From Thelocarpon superellum (Eukaryota), in the NCBI GenBank assembly GCA_026025795.1, contig JAPEUG010000001.1:124001-179132 (forward strand): a stretch of 55,132 bases of DNA, given 5' to 3'. The translations under genes were made by a program, and so were the position numbers. Below, one piece after another: positions 49,809 to 55,132 of the stretch (the first letter of the stretch is position 1; each line of letters begins with the position of its first letter). The notes below the pieces were generated by a model. That model was not told where the DNA came from. It did not search any database and saw only the letters and a program-made list of their open reading frames with translations.

Positions 49809-51223
49809 TCAAGATGCGGAAGGACCCCGGTCTTTGCACCGCGGGCAGAGCCATCCCGGCTGTCTTCGAACCAAGCCGACACAGGCACGATGGTAGACTC
49901 GATGTGGACAGGCCTGGCCGCGTGTCGTCAGCTCCCCGCCGCTCTCGGATCCCGTTCCTGAATATCTCATGACTGCACTCACCTCGCCTTCACAGATGGC
50001 CTCGGAACCCACACTCCAGGGCTTTCCGCATTCGCAGAGTGCAGAGTTGGGTGAGATCTGATCCCTGGTCTGCTTTGCCATATCCTCGGCCCCGCGCCGA
50101 CCGTGACGATCCGGGCGGCTTTGATCTCGTCCTGTGTCTCGAGCCACGTCGTCGCTGGCTTGCTCGTCCGCCATGATCTGTGTCTCTGTCCTTGTCGTAC
50201 CATCGTATTGTCGCTCTTCTCGATGTTCGTTCTGCGTCGACGACGGTGGGTTCATAATTATGATCGCGCAGGCTCGCATGACACTTCGATCGAGGCGGCC
50301 GTGGAGGACTAACATCGACCCGTGCTTGAGAAACTCCATGGAGACCTCAGATTTCCGAAGCCATTCGACGTTGGTGTTTACGAAGTCGAACAATGTCTCC
50401 GGAAGATGGACGTCGGCGGGGGTGGGCTGTGTTGCCATGAAGCGATCGAATCTCTTGATATACTCTTTCTCCGGGGTTAAGAGATCGGTGAAGTCGTCAA
50501 TGATATCATCGTGCTTTCGCAGCAGCCATTCTTCGTCGGGATCTTCGTCACTGTCGCTCACAAGATCGCCTTCTCTTAACGCCTGCTTGGTGACATTTCG
50601 GAAAAACACCCTGTTGCTGGGATGTTTCGGGACCGGGTGTTTCGCCTTGGATGACATGGCGAAGTCTTTGGTCTCGGTTGTCGACTTTGACGGGGGTGAC
50701 CAGGTCAAGAAGAAGCCCTTTGGGTGCGGCACATATGGCCGGTGGGTGGGGATTATTCAAGTTTTGCACTGCCGTGAGATATCTTCACTCGGATACAGCG
50801 CGCTACGTGATCCAGACCGGCATCTTCATACTGGAACATGCTGTGGTGATGGTGAGGGCAGGTGAAGAGTGGTGATGCCGAGCCAAAGTCTTGCTTCATG
50901 CAGAACGGACAGATGTAGTCAGGCAGCGTGTACGCGCGATGACACCTGCACTTCCTCTGCCATTGAATGCACCATGGAGTGGTATGTGACGCGCGTGACG
51001 CGCTGTGGCTGGGCTGCAGAGGCCGGAGTTGCTTGAAGGATGTTCTGGATGGCCTTATTGAAATTGAATTACAGATCCGTTGGTCTACTTCTACCTCCGA
51101 CCAAACGGCACTACAGGATCCTTCCCACACATGCGGTCCAAGGTAACGCTGATGAGGCGTTCGTCTCACAGTAGGAATGCTAGTAATCTCTGAGACTGGA
51201 GCTCCGAAGTGGACGACGACCAT
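49809..51223 (-). CDS. SUZ12: SUZ12-like Polycomb protein (Zn-finger remnant, VEFS box, C-terminal PHD); 5' part appears disrupted
   Basis: VEFS box FFRNVTKQALREGDLVSDSDEDPDEEWL..IIDDFTDLLTPEKEYIKRFDRFM. PHD C4HC3 after intron 49914-49982. Upstream YICPFC..HSMFQY finger is in a different frame, separated by stops at 50753-50759. Confidence 0.75.
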
Positions 51224-52016
51224 GTGCGCCTAGAAGACTACAGGGTAGTGCCCTATCCCAGTGTTGGCCCGCATCTTACGGAGGGATCCAACTAACCGTC
51301 CCACCCTAACGCACGTTTCCAGGTCATTCCGAGGGCACGAACCTGAGGAGATATCGGCGCTGCGCCTGAGAGTGTCCGCCTCCTGAGTGACCTTGACTGC
51401 ACCGTGATAAGGCTGGAGGTTGATCGCTTCCACTTCGGTCCTACTGTGCAAACCGTGAAATGTGAACAGACGCACATTTGTATGTTCAAGAGTCATTCTG
51501 AGTAAAGACTCAGACACAATCTACTGCGTGACTGAAAGATGCACGGGCCAGTTCTTCATCTTGGACCACGGGTACGCATTGTGGTTGTACTTATGCGGAG
51601 CCGGGCGATACAGGTCTTCCTACTCTTCCCGAGGAAGGTGCAGCTTAGGGGTGTCGTTACAGTGCGGGATCATCGGATGCAGCTAAGCCGGTCGGCGACC
51701 TGCTACCGCCGCTTATCTAGGAGTCGGTTAAGCCCAGTTCAGGCCCGCTTTCTCCGCCACCTCAAGTCACAGATGAGACGATGAGTTGGAACGCATGGCC
51801 TCCCTCAGCGATCCAGCAAGGAGATCTGCTCCCTGTCACTGAGGTTTCTTCTCTGTAGCCGTGACGGGAGGCCCGCACTTTTGCGCTAGATCAAGGCTGA
51901 CGTAATGCCGGAAGGAAGAGATTCGTCTCTTCGTTGGACCCAACTGACTCAGATCACCTCCATCGCGGAGACGCCAACACTGACACGGTGGAGAAAACGA
52001 CCCCACGCTCCCGGTC

Positions 52017-53828
52017 ATGGCCTCGGTGGGCATGGCTGATGCTGGCGCGGTGTTAGTCTCGCGGCTGAACGCTGCGGCGAGGCCCACCACTCGATCGTCC
52101 CGGAAGCGGCGTCGTCCGTCGGATTCGCCCCCTCCGGGCCACGACCGTGCTCACAATTCCCGCGGACCGTCGTGGCAGGGTCTTCCGTATCATGTGTGGC
52201 TACGTGTCTTCACATTGGCGAGTGAACCTCTACACAACGAGCACTTTGGAGGACTCCCTTCCGTTGGATGGCTGGTTCGAGTGGCGCGGACATGCAAGTC
52301 CTTTCACGAGCCAGCCCTGACGGTCCTCTATCGCTGCCCACCGCTGGGCTATCCGCAGCGGCCGCATGACTTCATTCGTCTTGTCGCGCTACCCTCCGAG
52401 ACCGTCAGCCTCCCGTACGCCAGCAAAGTCCGCGGGCTGGAGATCGAGGCGCAGCAAACGCTCATGGTCACGACACCAGGCGAAGGCCGTCTCGATCTGG
52501 CGAAGCTAATCAGCCATCTCCCGCAGCTGGAGCGGCTCGAGATCTTTCATGTTGCGGATCGCGTGCCCTACCGCGACGCGCCAGCGGGACCGCGATGGGC
52601 GTATCCCGATGCGTTGTTTCAAGCCATGGAGCGGTCGGGGATCTTCCTCCGCAGCTGGCGATGGAACGGGAAATTCATTGTGCCGCTTCAACCGCCGCGA
52701 GTCCTATCGGAAATCCATCAGACACGCTCCTTCCACTATCTCGAGCGCCTCGCCATGGTGAACTACAAGGCGCCCCTACGCCGGATGGGACAGAGGGAGA
52801 GCGCGTCGGCGGAGCTCGCCAATGCCATCATGGCACTCCGACGTCTGCAGCACCTGCGGCTGGAAAGTTGCCAGCTGATTGACGAGGAGCTTCTGGAGCG
52901 GCTACCATCGCAGCTGCACTCCTTCGCCGTGGTTCATTGCGAGAATGTGACGTCAGACGTGCTGCGCACCTTTTTGCTCACGGGCGGAGCTCAGCTGCGT
53001 GAATTGATCCTCCTTCACAATCCGTCGCTGAACTTGTTCTTCTTACCCGACCTCGCGGCAAGCTGTCCGTCGCTCGAGGTACTCAAGATCGACCTGCAAT
53101 ACTACAGCCATGTGTCGACGCTCCACGCGATGCCGAAGTATGAGCATCTGCTCCTTCCGGAACAGATCCCGACGTGGCCGTCGTCGTTGCAGGTGATTGA
53201 GTGCCTGCAACTACGAAATTGGACACAGACAAGTGCGGAAGGCTTCTTCGAGTCGCTGGCACGTTCGGCAGCCTCGCTTCCCTTCTTGCGGCGGCTCTTG
53301 ATCGCGGCCATCCTGAAAGTGGAATGGCGCGACCGCGCAAAGTTCCGGCAGACGTGGACGCGCCGGCTGGAGCGGATCTTCCGCCGCAGGGTCCATCCCA
53401 GCCCGCTTGAGCCTTCCCCCGCGAAGACGATGCCATGGCCAGATCGTGGGGCGGCAGAGGAGTCTGTCTCGTCGGCGCGACGACGCTCTGTCCGTGCGTC
53501 TGGTCGACAGCGGGAGAACCGCGGAACGGGAGACTCAGCGGGCGTCGAGACTCGTGATCGACGGACACGTGCCTCAACGCGTGACCAGCTATATGGTCCA
53601 CGCAGTGAGCCCAATCAGCCGCCGGTCTCCGCGGGTGCGGATGACGACGATGTCGAGCTAGGATATGCGCGACAGGGCAAATGCGACGTGGTCGATATCG
53701 TGATCGACAATGTCCGTCCGATGGAAATCCAATACAAGGAAGAAGACTTCTTGGACGAGGAGATCAGTGGGGATGAGGACTGGGATGGCGATGATGGAGC
53801 GCCGAGCGATGACGGCTACGCGTGGTGA
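52017..53828 (+). CDS. F-box-like / RNI-type LRR protein, conserved in filamentous fungi
   Basis: Intronless 603-aa ORF: WQGLPYHVWLRVF..ARTCKSFHEPALTVLY F-box-like region, LxxLxL repeats, acidic C-terminus (QGKCDVVDIVIDNVRP..EEDFLD). Start codon not certain. Confidence 0.8.
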   Translation: MASVGMADAGAVLVSRLNAAARPTTRSSRKRRRPSDSPPPGHDRAHNSRGPSWQGLPYHVWLRVFTLASEPLHNEHFGGLPSVGWLVRVARTCKSFHEPALTVLYRCPPLGYPQRPHDFIRLVALPSETVSLPYASKVRGLEIEAQQTLMVTTPGEGRLDLAKLISHLPQLERLEIFHVADRVPYRDAPAGPRWAYPDALFQAMERSGIFLRSWRWNGKFIVPLQPPRVLSEIHQTRSFHYLERLAMVNYKAPLRRMGQRESASAELANAIMALRRLQHLRLESCQLIDEELLERLPSQLHSFAVVHCENVTSDVLRTFLLTGGAQLRELILLHNPSLNLFFLPDLAASCPSLEVLKIDLQYYSHVSTLHAMPKYEHLLLPEQIPTWPSSLQVIECLQLRNWTQTSAEGFFESLARSAASLPFLRRLLIAAILKVEWRDRAKFRQTWTRRLERIFRRRVHPSPLEPSPAKTMPWPDRGAAEESVSSARRRSVRASGRQRENRGTGDSAGVETRDRRTRASTRDQLYGPRSEPNQPPVSAGADDDDVELGYARQGKCDVVDIVIDNVRPMEIQYKEEDFLDEEISGDEDWDGDDGAPSDDGYAW

Positions 53829-55132
53829 GCCAGTGGAAGCCTGGTCGAGGAAATCTAGGCAGCGACTTGTGATCAGCGTGATGATCACACGTCTACGAGA
53901 AGAGACCTGGCTTCCTCGTGAAGGAGCACAGGTACATGCTGCAGATTCTCATCGACCATATCAGAAAGCAGGTTCAAGCGACTTGACAAGGAGGAGTAGA
54001 TGATCTAACCCTATTCATGCCCAATCCGATCATTTTTAGTGTCCCTTATCACACCCGGAACCTGCCTCGTCTGGACGCCATACACCATGCAGACAAGACA
54101 AATTTATCGCGTTCAGACAACAAACGTACTTCCCTTTGCCTTCGCATGCTCGTCCTGCAAAATCACTAATCGTATAATCAGCTGCGGCCTGCTAACCTAA
54201 AGCTCAAGTGATCAGAGGATGTACTCCACAAGAGGGGTGTATCCACTACTAAAGGTACAGGTAGCTGCAGCCCATCAATCTGAAGTTCAGATGATCAGAG
54301 GCAGTACTTGAGCGACTGCGCCCCTACGTCGACCTGGGGAGCTGCGTTGATCTGGATAGCACAGAGCGCCATGGCCAACGGAATAGACAGACCAGTCGTG
54401 CGGTGTAACATCTTCTCAGGGCGAAGAAATCGGAACCGAGAGGCAAGAATTCAAGGCTGTACGTTGACTTGAGACTTGCTTGGAAAAAGGTGCGGGTGGT
54501 ATGTTGAGTTGGGACTTACTGGGAAGCAGGTGTGGGTGGTAGCAACACTAGATAACTCAGGCTGTCTGTTAGTGGCCCACTGAAGGATCGCAACGAAGGG
54601 TCTGCCATGAGTTCGAAGGATGGCGGAGCGAAAAACAACCAATTTCTCGCAGTAGTATGCCATACGTTGTCATGCGATAAATTCGAAAGAAGATCAGAGA
54701 TGCCAACTTGTCATAGGTCGACATACTAGAAGTCAATACGACGAGTTCGGGACGGATGCGCGGGATGGGAGTCCAGGATGGCTGGAAGACCCTCCGATTG
54801 ACTTCGACGATAGGTAACTCGTACGAGTCCTGACTAACGACTCGGGGGACTAACCTACGGTTATGCCAGCTGAGTAGTGCGGGTGTGCCCCCGTACAAGT
54901 AGTCCGCGTTACAACTGGCGCTTGCCTGTCTATCCGCGTCGAGTGCTGTAGAGGGTGATTACGGCAGCTGCGGCTGCCGGAATCGTAGCGCACGTGACCA
55001 AGACTGCCCTGTACAATAGCTCGCGGAATAGCCTCCGCAGACTAGACCACCCATTCCAGCCTACAACTCGGGGTGCGTCAGTACCGAGCCTTGCCACGCG
55101 GACAGTGGCCCCACGACCCTACGACGCACTGG

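Overview
GC-rich, gene-dense genomic DNA from a filamentous ascomycete (Pezizomycotina-type genes; short GT-AG introns with CTRAC branch sites). About 23 protein-coding loci, mostly conserved housekeeping genes: CTF4 (3' end runs off the window), YME2, EMI1, a DUF2358/NTF2-like protein, an ECM4-type GST, a CTL/PNS1-family transporter, a Rab GTPase, PMT2, an MFS sugar porter, a Chs7-like chaperone, a secreted lactonase-fold protein, SHB17, SSL1, EMC7, WWM1-like, a divergent protein kinase, EDE1, alpha-tubulin, PGA1, a small tandem-F-box protein, an S1/P1 nuclease, a SUZ12-like VEFS/PHD locus and an F-box/LRR protein. I could not support any tRNA, rRNA, transposon or CRISPR feature. Most unusual observations: (1) a two-F-box micro-gene lying in frame only 15 nt after the PGA1 TAG stop (readthrough, editing or bicistronic candidate); (2) a 169-codon AUG-free in-frame N-terminal extension of the sugar porter (non-AUG start candidate); (3) a SUZ12-like locus split by a frameshift and stops; (4) the same paired E-box motif upstream of both members of the convergent lactonase/SHB17 pair; (5) a kinase with non-canonical motifs. 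Gene models were spliced by eye and family calls come from recalled motifs, not database searches.
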